From Chrysomallon squamiferum (Eukaryota; Animalia; Mollusca): a stretch of 64,000 nt of DNA. The stretch is taken from contig CM022669.1 of the NCBI GenBank assembly GCA_012295275.1, forward strand, positions 744,001 to 808,000, written 5' to 3'. Position numbers and translations under genes: made by a program. Shown here piece by piece: positions 41,353-55,475 of the stretch. Each line of letters starts with the position of its first letter. Position 1 is the stretch's first letter. The notes beneath the pieces were generated by a model. The model did not search any database. It saw only the letters and a list, made by a program, of their open reading frames with translations, and was not told the DNA's origin.

Positions 41353-43262
41353 GTCGCAGTCGTAGTTGTCGTATATACAGTTGATGAGGATTTGTCAGCT
41401 ATAACACTTCTTGCCGATCGTACATTTATTAAATCTTCCAAACACTCAGTTTTTGAGTTTGTCCTGTCTCGTTTCTAAAATTAAAACAAACAAAAAATAA
41501 TTTAATAATAATAAAACCAAAAATAATGAATTTCTTTTACGTATTCCTTTCATCGAAGACGCTAACAAATCTTTTTTTCACAGTAATACATTCCACAATG
41601 TAATATATTCCCAAAAATTAGTTTGAAAATATACCGTGTTGACAAAAACAATGAACCGTTTTTGTTTTATCAACAGTGAAATTTAATATAACACTTCAAT
41701 TAAAATTTGAACAAAATGTCACATCTTCTGTATTTTACTTTCCCATATTAAAGTATTTGTCATACGAATACTGAAGTGAACACTGACACTGGTAACAGTA
41801 TATTCTTACCAGGACTGAAAGTACTTGACACTGATGTTTGTAGAACGTTACAACAACAGTGTATATACTAACACAGACATACACACAATAATAATAACAA
41901 AAATAATAATAATAATAAAGACAACAACAATAATACTAATAAGAAGAACAATAATAACAATAACAAAGATAATAATAATAACAATAACAACAACAACAAC
42001 AATAATAATAATAATAATAATAATAATAACTATAATAACTATAATAAATCACGTGGAATGGCTTTTATTGTAGTTTGCTTTGCACTAAACTGTTATATTC
42101 TGCATTCAGCTACACGACAGAAGAGCTGAACATAAAACGCCAGGAAGAAATAATTTAAAGCTACAGAATACCAAATATTGATAAAACTGTTAACTGAAAA
42201 ATGTTGCTTATGTAAGTTTGAACTTACCAGGCGTTGCACCGGGTTAAAGCTGGTAATATGTTTAATTCAGATCAGTGAAAAGTTTCTCAAAACCGAATTA
42301 AAAAAAAAGAGAAGAAATAAATAAGGAAATGCTGTCACGTGACACGTATTATTTTACCGTGTTACAAGAAGGTGATAAACATATTTGTTTTTTTATGACT
42401 CAGCGTGTTGTAACAAGGTGACACTGCCACTGATATCTAAAATCAAACTGATACACAAAGTATTCACTATAGTCAGTATAAAACTGAGTAAATATATGGT
42501 GTTCTATCAATTGTAATTTAGCTTAAATAATTTATTCAGTACGATCGAATGGGAAATTGTCATCACTATCTTTTTTTTCCAACAATGAAATAAAGCGAAA
42601 ACTAGATTTTTCAACACTAATATGAGTTGCATGAGATAATAAATTTTCTGAAAAATACTTAGAAGTTTTACTGAATGTCGAAATAAAAAAAATAATAATA
42701 ATAAAAAAAAATAAAAATAAAAATAAAAATAAAAAAAATAAAGAAAACATAATTCTAATAAAAAAATGTCACGAAGATGTCGCTCAGGTATTGTACTTAC
42801 CTGTCAGACAGTGAAAAGATGGACTGTAATGTGATGTAAACTCAGGTATTGTACTTACCTGTAAAGCACCTGACAGTGGAAATACAGAGTGTAGAGTGTT
42901 ACTATGAAACTTCTCAGAATGCAGCGGCCTGCTGTTTATTGATGATTCTGATACAAAACATTGTTGACGTCGGTGACACCGATCACTGACACCAAGGGAA
43001 GCCATTAAAAACTCGTTTCATTTACTCAGTGAATCAGCTGTTCATGTTTTGTCATTTGAACAGGAATCTATCGAGTTTTTTGGTCAATACTGTATTTTAA
43101 GTATTTGAAATAAAATGATAGAAATAAATGATGAAAATAATATTACGTGTTAAAAACAACAGCTGTAGCAACAATAACAACAACAACAATATAAATGAAC
43201 AACATCAGCAACACAACAAAATAATAATAATAATAATGATGATAATAATAATAATAATAATA

Positions 43263-43306
<44 letters not shown>

Positions 43307-43434
43307 GTAATAACAGTAGTACTACTACTACTACTAATAATAATAACAGTAGTACTAATAGTAGTACTAATAGTAGTAGTAGTAGTAGTAGTGTGGTGTC
43401 GGTTGTAGGAATAATAGTAGCAGTTAAAGTAGTG

Positions 43435-43475
<41 letters not shown>

Positions 43476-43800
43476 TAGAAGTAGTGCTAAGAACAGTAAT
43501 AGCTGTATTAATAGTAATAGTAATAATTTCGGCTGTAGTTGTAGTGCTATTAAAACTAGCAGAGAGATGAAAAACGAATCTAGATATAATAAAGTTTCTA
43601 CGACATTAAAACTCGTATTTGTTGATAATGCAGAAATGTTTTAGTAAAACGCTTTGTTCTGCTCAGTTTTTAACTGGACTCTGCAGCTTCATGTCTGGAT
43701 GGCAGCTAGGTTTTCCAGTCGTTGTTTCTCATTCTGTGTTTAGAACAGTATGCAGTATGTGAGTTATACACATAACCAAACTAACTAACTAACTAACTAA

Positions 43801-43861
<61 letters not shown>

Positions 43862-44090
43862 AATAATAATATAAAAAAGATTTTAAAAATATGTTTTATT
43901 TTTCACACTGATATGTTTTCTACAAGGCTGTGTGTGCATTCAGCTGAGTGTGTCACGGTGCATCACTTGCTGTCAGTCTGTGATTTCTTGCCAGCGGGTC
44001 TCGTCCACACACGAATGATTAGCAGCTACAACTGCTGTAGTCAGTGCTAGACAGCTGCTCATTAACTTACACACGTCAGGGGTCTGTGCA

Positions 44091-44200
44091 GTATATTTAT
44101 AATTTGAATTGATCTCTGAAGTATATTTATAATTTGAACTGATTTGTGAAGTAGATTTCTAATATGAACTGATTTGTGAAGTAAATTTATAATTTGAACT
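44091..44200. repeat. 30-bp tandem repeat x~4
   Basis: GTATATTTATAATTTGAACTGATTTGTGAA units. Confidence 0.85.
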
Positions 44201-44249
44201 GACATATTTTTAAAACAAATTTCTAATGTCGTAAATTAACCCAAATGTT

Positions 44250-45178
44250 TCTTTGCAGTGTATGGTTACAAAGTGATATTTCTATACAGTGTATGGTTAC
44301 AAAGTGATGATGTTTCTATACAGCGTATGGTTACAAAGTGATGTTTCTTTACAGTGTATGGTTACAAAGTGATGATGTTTCTATACAGTGTATGGTTACA
44401 AAGTGATGTTTCTTTACAGTGTATGGTTACAAAGTGATGATGTTTCTATACAGTGTATGGTTACAAAGTGATGATGTTTCTATACAGTGTATGGTTACAA
44501 AGTGATGTTTCTTTACAGTGTATGGTTACAAAGTGATGATGTTTCTATACAGTGTATGGTTACAAAGTGATGTTTCTATACAGTGTATGGTTACAAAGAG
44601 ATGTTTCTATACAGTGTATGGTTACAAAGAGATGTTTCTATACAGTGTATAATTACAAAGTGATGATGTTTCTATAGAGTGTATGGTTACAAAGAGATGT
44701 TTCTATACAGTGCATGGTTACAAAGAGATGTTTGTATACAGTGTATGGTTACAAAGAGATGTTTCTATACAGTGTATGGTTACAAGGTGATGATGTTTCT
44801 ATACAGTGTATGGTTACAAAGTGATGTTTCTATACAGTGTATGGTTACAAGGTGATGATGTTTTTATACAGTGAATGGTTACAAAGTGATGTTTCTATAC
44901 AGTGCATGGTTACAAAGTGATGTTTCTATACAGTGTATGGCTACAAAGAGATGTTTCTATACAGTGTATGGCTACAAAGAGATGTTTCTATACAGTGTAT
45001 GGTTACAAAGAGATGTTTCTATACAGTGTATGGTTACAAAGAGATGTTTCTATACAGTGTGTGGTTACAAAGTGATGTTTCTATACAGTGTATGGTTACA
45101 AAGAGATGTTTCTATACAGTGTGTGGTTACAAAGTGATGTTTCTATACAGTGTATGGTTACAAAGAGATGTTTCTATA
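44250..45178. repeat. 31/34-bp minisatellite (~29 units)
   Basis: TATACAGTGTATGGTTACAAAG(T/A)GATGTTTC with an optional extra GAT. Confidence 0.95.
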
Positions 45179-45274
45179 AAGTAAATAAAGAGGAAACCTG
45201 CTGCACCAGGTAATGTACTATTAAGTTGTGTGTCTGTTGGTTTTTTTTGTATCTTTCCTTCTTCTTCTTATTCT

Positions 45275-45339
<65 letters not shown>

Positions 45340-45357
45340 GCTGCTATTGTTGTTATT

Positions 45358-45394
<37 letters not shown>

Positions 45395-45728
45395 AGTTTT
45401 GAAGTATGTTATTTTTGAGTTTTGGTTCACGTTAAGTTTATACACAAAGACACCATTGACCTATATAAAACTTGCGGGCGCTGGCCGAACTTACACACCT
45501 GTAATGCGAGCCTCTAGAGAAATCTATTGAGATCAAGAAATAAATTATTTCTAGTATTTTAGTCAGGAAGAAAACGCGTAGCGAAATCAAATCGTGGTGA
45601 ACAAAGAGCTTTGCTGTCCCATTTGAAACCACAACGAATGGCTTGACATAACAAAACTAAGAGAAAGAAAAAGAAAACATTCAGAAAAAGCAAGAATGTT
45701 TATTTTCATTTTATTTCTTAATTTTTGG

Positions 45729-45776
<48 letters not shown>

Positions 45777-45825
45777 GTAAAAAAACTCATTTCCTCGTGT
45801 AAAGAAAATTATCAACTGAAAAAAG

Positions 45826-46130
45826 TATATTATATCAACACACTGTGTATATTTTGTATAGATTTTATCAATTGGTTGTATTATATTTATTTATATCAAC
45901 ATACCGTTTATATGTTGTATTTATATCGACATATTGTATTATGATATGTGTGTGTATTAACATACTGATAATTTTGCTCTATTTGCATAATACATCTGTT
46001 GTATTTATATCGACACATTCTACTTATGTTCTACTTATATCAACACATAATATGTGATGTTGTATATAAACCAACTCTCATTGTATATATCTTGTACTTT
46101 TAATCAATGTGTATTGTGTTGTTCTTGTAT
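45826..46130. repeat. Degenerate ~30-bp minisatellite, array 1
   Basis: GTATTTATATCAACACATTGTATAT-type units; related to 48505-48790. Confidence 0.7.
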
Positions 46131-46296
46131 CAAATAATTATGTATATATTGTATTTAAAATTAAAAAGCAAACAAGAAAATGAATTACAAAATTAAATAA
46201 GTTATTAAATTATTAATTAAAACTGACAAAAGGATAATTTTATTTAATTTACATCTTTATGTGTGTTGTTTTACTCTCTCTCTCTCTATCTATCTA

Positions 46297-46333
<37 letters not shown>

Positions 46334-46365
46334 CTATCTATGTCTCTCTTTCTCTATCTCTCTCT

Positions 46366-46457
<92 letters not shown>

Positions 46458-46619
46458 GTTCCAATAGTTTTGTTACGGCTGAAAGATGTTCCACAAGGGA
46501 GATCACTCTTGTTTAAAATCAGACCTGGTAAAATCTAAAACAGAGATATATTTAGAATAAGTAAACAAAAGCTGCTCCTGCAGCCACGGAAACAACGGTA
46601 TGTTGTAGTAAGTGCTCCC

Positions 46620-46794
46620 CTATTGTTACTGCTATAACTATTACAGCTACCACTGTTACATATACTACTGTATACTAGTCTATTATCACTACTACCATTA
46701 CTACTACTACTACTACCACTACTACTACTACTACAACTACAACTACAACTACTACTACTACCACTACTACTACTACTACAACTACAACTACTAT

Positions 46795-46828
<34 letters not shown>

Positions 46829-47345
46829 GCTATTACTATTGCTACTGCTACTGTTAATACTACTGTTGCAGGTACTATTGCTACTACTACTTTTACAACA
46901 ACGACATCACAAAATACTGCATACCAGTTTAGTGTTACAACTACTACTACTACCGTGTTACAGTGACGATTTCGTATACTGCTATTAGTCATTACCATTA
47001 TTACTATCGTTGATACTACTGTTAAAACCACAACAGCAACGATGTCATATGCTACTATTACTACTGTTACTACCATCACTGTTATTACTAGTGTTACAAC
47101 GACATCACATAATATTATTTATTAATCTACATTATTTACTCTGCTAGTAAAATAACAATACACTAATCTAGTATTTTACTATTAGTAGTATTTCTACAAC
47201 TACTACTGTTACTTCTAGCACTAATACTACTACTATTACTGTTACTACTATTAGTATTTCTACTACTATATCTACTATTAGTTCTACTACTACTACTGTT
47301 GCTACTACTACTACTGCTACTACTACTACTACTGTTACTACTGCT
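46620..47345. repeat. Degenerate (TAC)n microsatellite region
   Basis: Direct reading; similar (TAG)n regions at ~25284-25660 and 43305-43520. Confidence 0.9.
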
Positions 47346-47915
47346 AGTTAATTAAGAAATACATTTTACACTGTGAAGCTGTTTTTCGTTAGCGCAGGAG
47401 ATGTTTTAAACGTGGTTTATACACTTTTATCTACAGTCACCTTTAAACACCACAGCATCACTGTTATCAATCACGTGCTGATATTTTCTTCTTCTTCGTT
47501 TTCTTAATCGTTTAGAACAGTTTAATAATAAAACACAACAACTACGAACGTTAAGAAAAGTTTACGTAGAAAATAATTCATTTCGTGGATACATTTACAA
47601 GCTTTTCTTTGTCTCAGGCGCTGATCCAGGTGAATTTTTAGAGGGGAATGGGAAAAGAAAAATCCTGTACGTCGTTTTATGTGGCGTGTGATGGAATAAA
47701 GAGGTTTATTTCTTAAACGTGTGGAATGATTTAGAGGATGTTAAATTATTAAACGTCACTCTGAAATGATAATTAAGTAACAGCGCTATTGTGATGTGTT
47801 AAGACCTTCATGTTTAATGATCTTTTATATCCTCTGCTGACTCGCCATTTGTCAACCCTTAGTACGGCCATTAACAATCGTTATTCTTATTTATTTTGCT
47901 TTTAATTATGGCCAT

Positions 47916-47946
<31 letters not shown>

Positions 47947-48504
47947 TTTTATTGGTTCAATATTTTCAAGCTATCAGTATTTTAGATTTTCACATACATT
48001 TATTATTATTTATTTATTTATTTATTTGCCTTTTACCGATGGAGAATCAATGAACAAATTATAGATGTTGTTGAATAGCAAAGGCTATAATATTCTAAAA
48101 ACGAAATGACGTAACACTGTATTTTCTACTAACCAAGCAGGATTTTTGATGCAAAATTTACATCTTCAGACAGATGTGTGAAGATTAAAATGTGAAATTA
48201 TTATTATTATTTTTTTTTTTCACTCTGTATTCAAAGATATAAAATGTGAAATTATTATTATTATTTTTTTTTTTCCACTCTGTATTCAAAGAGTAAATTT
48301 TCCGGTTTAAAATTGATCACTTCTTGTTCAAACAAATCATTTTGGTTAGAAATGTCATTTGCAATCAATCGAATACAATACTGCAGAGTTTCCACACCCA
48401 CAGTTTCAGTTGTGTTAAGAGGCATCCTGTATTGAGCTGACAATCCTACATTCGTTAAGCACTGCGGAAAATGTAACCATAGCAACGTTAACGTTAACCC
48501 TGCA

Positions 48505-48790
48505 TATGTTGCATTTATATCAACACTTTATATCTGTTGCATTTATGTCAACTCACTGTATATCTAAAGTATTTATATGAACACATTGTATATCTTTGTA
48601 TTTATATCAACACATTGTGTATCTGTTGTATTTATAGCAACACATCGGATGTATGTTGAACTTATATCAACACATTGTATATCTGTTGTATTTATATCAA
48701 TACATTGTATATTTTTGTATTTATATCAATACATTGTATATATTTTTGTATTTATATCAACACAGTGTATATATTTATATTTATATCAAT
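48505..48790. repeat. 30-bp minisatellite, array 2
   Basis: GTATTTATATCAACACATTGTATATCTGTT units, ~9 copies. Confidence 0.85.
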
Positions 48791-49367
48791 TTTATTTAAC
48801 GGCATTGTTCACATTTGGAATATAAAAATAAACAGCGTTTAGGAAGTAAAATAACGTGATTTGGTTGTCACATTTTTGTAATCAGAGAATGTACTTCATT
48901 TATAACCGCACGTAAAATAAGAAACTTTAACATATTTGAACAGTGTATTACCGGTATTTATTTATTTATTTATTCATTTATTTAATTTTGGTGTTAGTCT
49001 GATGTCATACTTACTGTTTTATATAACAACGGATTAAATACCTGGAGAAATGTTAAACTTATTTTCAGTCATAAGAAAAAGTACATTTTAGAACAAAGAA
49101 CAAAACTCCACATTCTTAGGATAATCAAAATTTCTTTTACTCGTATCCAAAAAATGTAGTTTAGTTACACACGCAAAAACACACACACTAATACATTAAT
49201 ACACATGTACACAAAATATAATTATATACACACAAAAGCACATACAAACATTCAAATAAGCCTGAGGCCAAGCAAAACAAAAATATTAATTTATTTATTA
49301 CCTTTTTAATAAAACTACTAGTAGTAGTAGTAGTAGTAATAATAACAATAATAATAATAATAATAAC

Positions 49368-49421
<54 letters not shown>

Positions 49422-49465
49422 TAATAATAATAATAATAATAAGCATCTTTCCAGTCACACATGAA

Positions 49466-50584
49466 CTAACAACATGTTGTTATTGGCACAGAGATATTTC
49501 TAAGTATTCTATTCCCTTTCTTCAGAATTTCTAAAACGTTCCCGGAACGAGGGTCTTTTTGTCGGAAGACAAAAGGGAAAATGCTATATAAATGTTTACA
49601 CGGGATGTATGCTGAGTGAACAGGGGCGCCATCTTTGTGCGTGCAGCTTGGCGAGTAACAGTCGTTTATTCCGTACAAGCGGAAAATAATTTCCTCCATT
49701 TTACAGGGCACCGGAACACTGAGGTGCTCAAAAACGCGGAGCTGAAGTGGAAAGATGTCTGGTATGGGGTTAACGAGCTCGAACTTGAGCGAACCTGAGA
49801 GAGACCAGAGGTGAGTGGAATCGTACGAGAAGAAGAAGATGTCGAGAAACGGCCACGTGAACTTCTGATCCGGAACTGGCTGCAGATCACGTTTATAAAA
49901 CTTCCAGTGACTGTCGTGTGGACTCAGCAGACCGTATCCTTCAACGCGTGACAGGGCATGCTTGATTCTCCTCCAGTCAGACGCGTTCATAACTAGGTCA
50001 AAGTCGTCGTCCCACGGAATGAAGCCATGGTGACGATACGCGCCGAGAAGAGACCCGCCCCACAAGAAGTAGGTTAAGTGTTCTCTCTCGCACGCTCGCA
50101 TGAACGTTTCAAGAACAATCAGAAGATTTACCTTCTCCTGTGACGTCATCAAAGGCATGAAGTATTCAATGACCGAGTCGTTCTGGTACTGCTGCTGACT
50201 GGGCGCGGGGCCCATCTTGCGCACATGCGCTTTGATGCTTTGTTCATCCACCTCAACAGAGATCGCAGTGTTTCCCCGCGTCACAGCTTCACACTCCAGT
50301 GGGAAATTCTGCTGGTCTAAAATCACCTTTGCGAGGTAATAGTTTCCTACGTACTGCAGCGGGGCAGGCAGCAGCAACTTCAGAAACGGCAGTGCGACGA
50401 CAATGACGAACAACATCATCAACGTGAAAACCTTTTTCCTTATTCTATTTCTACACAGCTTGATAGTGTCAGCCGGCTTCTCCATCGCCCACTCCACCGA
50501 CAGCAGCTTAAACACACATTTTCTTTTTAGAGCGTTATACACGTACAACAGATAGGACTTGGTGAAAAAAACTCTTGAAAACAT
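49466..50584 (-). CDS. LicD/fukutin-related family phosphotransferase 4 (intronless CDS, up to 372 aa; alternative start ATG at 50485)
   Basis: TM VFTLMMLFVIVVALPFL; YFLWGGSLLGAYRHHGFIPWDDDFD; WPFLDIF; closest paralog of 29490-30494 (shared LLLPAPL..V.NYYL....DQQNFP stem). Confidence 0.9.
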   Translation of the reverse strand: MFSRVFFTKSYLLYVYNALKRKCVFKLLSVEWAMEKPADTIKLCRNRIRKKVFTLMMLFVIVVALPFLKLLLPAPLQYVGNYYLAKVILDQQNFPLECEAVTRGNTAISVEVDEQSIKAHVRKMGPAPSQQQYQNDSVIEYFMPLMTSQEKVNLLIVLETFMRACEREHLTYFLWGGSLLGAYRHHGFIPWDDDFDLVMNASDWRRIKHALSRVEGYGLLSPHDSHWKFYKRDLQPVPDQKFTWPFLDIFFFSYDSTHLWSLSGSLKFELVNPIPDIFPLQLRVFEHLSVPVPCKMEEIIFRLYGINDCYSPSCTHKDGAPVHSAYIPCKHLYSIFPFVFRQKDPRSGNVLEILKKGNRILRNISVPITTCC

Positions 50585-51664
50585 TTTTCTCTAGTAATAA
50601 ATGATTCAATTTGGCAAAACGTAGAAGATATGTGTAAACTGGTCATCGTTTCTCTGTTTGTTAGTTTTTAATGTTTCTGATCACTGCTGTCACTGACGTC
50701 ATTCGTCACGTGCACAGTGGTCTGTTCTCTGAAAACAAATAAAGCGGATATGTAAAGTTTTAAAAGTTTTCGTTAGTCAAAAATCAGTTGATTGTTTTTA
50801 CTCCAGTTTAGTTTTTATTTTATTTATCACAGACGTCAAGTGATTATCTCACATTTGTGCAGGTGACTTGTGGCGAGGATGCTGCGGCTGGTCCAGTCAC
50901 TGGAATGGGTAGAATTACACGCTGGGAGTCTCGCTGAACTCTTGGAATGGTCAGTCATCTTGGCGGCTCGTCATGCTGAAAAGAGAAAACGTCAGAGTTA
51001 GAATTCAGCTAAACACACTCTCACAATCTGCTGTTTACGTCTGTGTAAGTGTCTTGTTTCTCTTTCTGTCAGGCTCCGCGGAATACAAACCATGCTCATT
51101 ACTCACTTACCTAGTTACCAACTCATTTCTTATCTGCTTGTTTTCCTGTTTAGTCACTTACTCCTTTTATTATCTTCTTTACAAATACGGAATTTATAAG
51201 AAAGTGGTCTATTTGAGTCTTGTTCGAATATTTATTTGTAATATGCTTTACATTTTTACGATATATATATATCAAAAGCATAAGTAATTACTGTTTCATT
51301 TCTTTTGATTTTACCCTCCAAATACTGAACATAAACTAAAACGTTTTAATGCACAGTAATTAAACTACACTTTGATACATAAATATTCTAACTTAGTTAT
51401 GGGAATTACATAAAAACTAAACTGGAGTAAAAACATATATAATATTTGTATCCCTCATGTGTAAGTTTTTATACTGTACTTGAATTAACAGATTAATATA
51501 CGTGTAAATAAAAAAGTAAATAAGAAGTAATTAACAGATTGTTAATATTTCAGATAACATTACAACACACTGACAAACACTCACGTGTGTATGCGTCCAG
51601 AGGGTAAGATATCCAGTTTGACAGACAAAGTCGGATTATACAATTTACCTACACATAAACTCAT

Positions 51665-51836
51665 CTGTGTTAGTGGTACTGTGTTAGTGGTACTGTGTTA
51701 GTGGTACTGTGTTAGTGGTACTGTGTTAGTGATACTGTGTTAGTGGTACTGTGTTAGTGATACTGTGTTAGTGGTACTGTGTTAGTGGTACTGTGTTAGT
51801 GGTACTGTGTTAGTGGTACTGTGTTAGTGATACTGT
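51665..51836. repeat. 14-bp minisatellite (~12 units)
   Basis: CTGTGTTAGTG(G/A)TA tandem units. Confidence 0.95.
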
Positions 51837-52001
51837 TTGAGTCCACCTGCCTCTACAAAGAGTCAACTTTTATTAACCTGACACTAGTGTTGTTTTTGTT
51901 ACCCAGAACCTACATTTTTTATTTTTTTTCTTCAGCTGTTAAGATACAAGTACGATAAGTTAACAGTGAAATGGGAGTTATTGGGAAAGAGTCAGCAAGA
52001 C

Positions 52002-52215
52002 CACACTTAAGTTAAAAAATAAACAAATTTGTTTTTCGTTTAGTTCACTGAGATCACACTTAAGTTAAAAAATAAACAAATTTGTTTTTCGTTTAGTTCA
52101 CTGGGATCACAAGTAAGTTAAAAAAATAAAAAATTTGTTTTTCGTTTAGTTCACTGAGATCACATGCAAGTTAAAAAATAAACAAATTTGTTTGTTAATT
52201 TACTGAGATCACACT
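52002..52215. repeat. 53-bp tandem repeat x4
   Basis: CACACTTAAGTTAAAAAATAAACAAATTTGTTTTTCGTTTAGTTCACTGAGAT units. Confidence 0.9.
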
Positions 52216-52564
52216 TTGAGAGTATCAGACTGTTTCATTATGTAATTTTCAAGCTAAAACTCGGTTATTTGTGGTCAGTTGAACTGTTGTGTGTTGTTTA
52301 AGGAGTGTGGCTTATAAAACGTTTGTTTCTTGAGAAGACAGACTACACGTGTTGTGCGCGTTACGCCAAACTCAAACGAGTTAATATCAAATAATGTTCA
52401 CAAACTGATACCCGCGGCTACGTTTCTGTTATTCTGTGTGTGACGTGTGGACGGAGTCGCTACCAGTAAGTATTTCAACAACACACTGGCAACTTTTAAT
52501 TCCACACCAAATTCTCCAGATACGACCTTTGGCGAGAAAAGCACCGACAAGCTACCCGCCCAAT

Positions 52565-53053
52565 CACCGTCACACCTTACAACCCCCGTCACACCCTTAC
52601 AACCGCTGACACACCCTTACAACCCCCGTCACACCCTTACAATCGCCGTCATACCCTTACAACCCCGTCACACCCTTACAACCGCCGTCACACCCTTACA
52701 ACCGCCGTCACACCCTTACAACCGCCGTCACACCCTTACAACCGCCGTCAGATCCTTACAACCGCTGTCAGATCCTTACAACCGCTGTCACACCCTTACA
52801 ACCGCTGTCATATCCTTACAACCGCTGTCAGATCCTTACAACCGCTGTCAGATCCTTACAACCGCTGTCACACCCTTACAACCGCTGTCAGATCATTACA
52901 ACCGCTGTCAGATCCTTACAACCGCTGTCACATCCTTACAACCGCTGTCACACCCTTACAACCACCGTCACACCCTTACAACCGCTGTCACACCCTCACA
53001 ACTGCTGTCACACCCTTACAACCGATGTCAGATCCTTACAACCGCTTTCAGAT
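52565..53053. repeat. 20-bp GC-richer minisatellite (~24 units)
   Basis: ACCGCTGTCACACCCTTACA / ACCGCTGTCAGATCCTTACA units; explains ORF 52447-53067. Confidence 0.95.
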
Positions 53054-53171
53054 CAGAAATGTTTTAATTTACAAAAATATCCCTGCACATGTTTTTAATC
53101 ACTGGATATGACTTACAAAAAATTTTCACTCAGAAATATTTAATTTACAGACAAAAAAAAGAAAAGAAAAA

Positions 53172-53398
53172 TCGAAACATGTTGGTATTCAATACAGACT
53201 ACAAAAAATATCTAAACATGTTGGTATTCAATAGAGACAATACAAATATCTAAATATGTAAGTATTCAATACAGACTATAAAAATATCTAAACATGTTAG
53301 TATTCAGTACAGACTATAAAAATATCTAAACATGTTAATATTCAGTACAGAGTATAAAAATATCTAAACATGTCAGTAATCAATACAGACAATAAAAA
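53172..53398. repeat. ~38-bp tandem repeat x6
   Basis: AAACATGTTGGTATTCAATACAGACTATAAAAATATCT-type units. Confidence 0.85.
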
Positions 53399-53872
53399 AA
53401 GTATAAATGTCAGGTAACTAGTAATTAAAACAAACAGGTGTTTTTATATTACGCAGTTAAATGTGTATATCAATTTAACTCTCTCACTCTAACAGACACA
53501 TACACATGAACAAACACAGACGCACATAAAAACAGGTACAAAAACTATGCATACTCATAACTCCATATAATTATACAAAATACATATAAACATATATACT
53601 TCATATACTCGTTGTGTGAGTGAGTGTGTATACGTATAAAAACATATATACATATATGATAAAACATAACGCCTGATAACAGATTTTACTGAAGGGTTAA
53701 AACAGTTAAATATTCTCATCTATTCTGGTTATATTTTAATGATTCTGAGCTCAGTGTTTGTGAAAGCTTTAAGTTATTTGATTGTAAACATTCATGTGTG
53801 AAAGAAATAGATAATAACTTAGTCATGTTCAGTTACAGTAATCAGCGTACACAGCAAGTTCATTCACGTCAC

Positions 53873-53955
<83 letters not shown>

Positions 53956-54148
53956 CTCTCTTCTGTCTCTCTCTGAATAACTTATAGCCTAATCATAAAA
54001 CAAAATGAATTAATAAATAAAACAAATTTAGTTACTGATTGTATTTAATTAATTAATTAATTTATTTATTATTACTACTACTTTTTTTTTTTATCTTCAT
54101 TAAAGGGTGACGCTTCATTTTAATAGAGAAAAATTTATAACAGCAACA

Positions 54149-54209
<61 letters not shown>

Positions 54210-54417
54210 ACTATTAATAGTTATTGTGGGTTGTAGCATGATGCTGAAAAAGCTGGCAAAATGCCAAAGTAATTAAATTTGATAATGTCGTCCTGGTGAC
54301 CTCTCAAAACTGAGACAGCATGGCAACAGCACCATAATTTAATAATGTGACGACGATTAAACAATTAAATCATTGTGAGTCACTTTCATGTCCGTACACA
54401 AACACATAACTATACAC

Positions 54418-54508
<91 letters not shown>

Positions 54509-54706
54509 ACTGTTTACATTATATTATTACTTTATCGTTTCTCTTGTATTTTACTGTTAATGATGACAATTAAAATCAGCTAAGGATGTAAATGTGGTAA
54601 AAGAAATATAAATTATGTCATTGTTTTCGTAACATCTTATTATATTCCACAAACCTTACATCGCGCTGTGGGTAGAGAACGTTTGAAATAACAATACAAA
54701 ACATAC

Positions 54707-55100
54707 CTAGAGCGGCCTGTAAATGGTTCCTCCTAAGAACGTGTCTGCGAAAGAGTTATCGGTTCATTGCGCTCTATTGACCTAATTCTTCGCCTCGCTC
54801 AGTTCTCAGACTGTCCTCTGCTCGTTCGCGTCATCGTGATCGCTGTTTCTCGTCTCCGTCTCGCGCGCTTCTTGCTCGTGAAGAAGAAAAACTAGACGAA
54901 TCTCCAGTCTGACATCTTGGCGTGCGTTATCCGTCTGTTTCGCGTCTGAGACAAGCAAACATTCGGGAACTGCTAAAACTGGGATGCGCTTTGTTGATGT
55001 AGCGCCTCTCTGCGGCGGTGCAGACTCCGAAGTGCCATTCCGCTCAACGAGCGCCGCTCGCACAACGCAGTGAAACGGACTTCATACCGAGAAGAGATTA
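54707..55100 (-). promoter_or_regulatory. CpG-rich candidate promoter / non-coding first exon of LicD gene 4
   Basis: Among the most GC/CpG-rich non-coding segments of the window; on minus it ends at TAG|GTATGT (GT 54706-54705). Candidate internal UTR exon 50975-50853 and acceptor at 50730-50729. Confidence 0.45.
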
Positions 55101-55431
55101 ACTCGGGCAGGACATCAGATAAATACACACAAACACCAGCTATGAGAACTGTAACGTGTGGTGTCGCATGACAATGTCAAACTACCCCAAAAAACGAGCT
55201 ATTGTTTGTCGACTTTAGTATTACTATCGTAACATAGCCCCGTAGTATCTGACTTACATCTTTTGATTAGCATTTTCTTTTTTTCTTACGAACAATCCCA
55301 GCTGCTTCTCTTTATCAATGTACAGTTACAATACTGTTCAACAAACGCGTATCGATTTTATTTTCTCGGTAAACCTTTAAAAACATATTAAATATTTAAT
55401 GCTAGCAATAGCAGTAGTTGTAGAAATAGTA

Positions 55432-55475
<44 letters not shown>

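Noticed and set aside
44250-45184. Regular 31/34-bp array with Cys/Tyr-rich ORFs
   Set aside because: Head-to-tail minisatellite without spacers; the ORFs are repeat artefacts.
52447-53067. 206-aa Thr/Pro/His-rich ORF resembling a mucin
   Set aside because: Produced by a 20-bp minisatellite cycling through three frames; GTG start; lies antisense within the probable leader intron of LicD gene 4.
54806-55063. 85-aa GC-rich minus-strand ORF
   Set aside because: GTG start and no recognisable domain; better explained as a CpG-rich promoter or 5' UTR.
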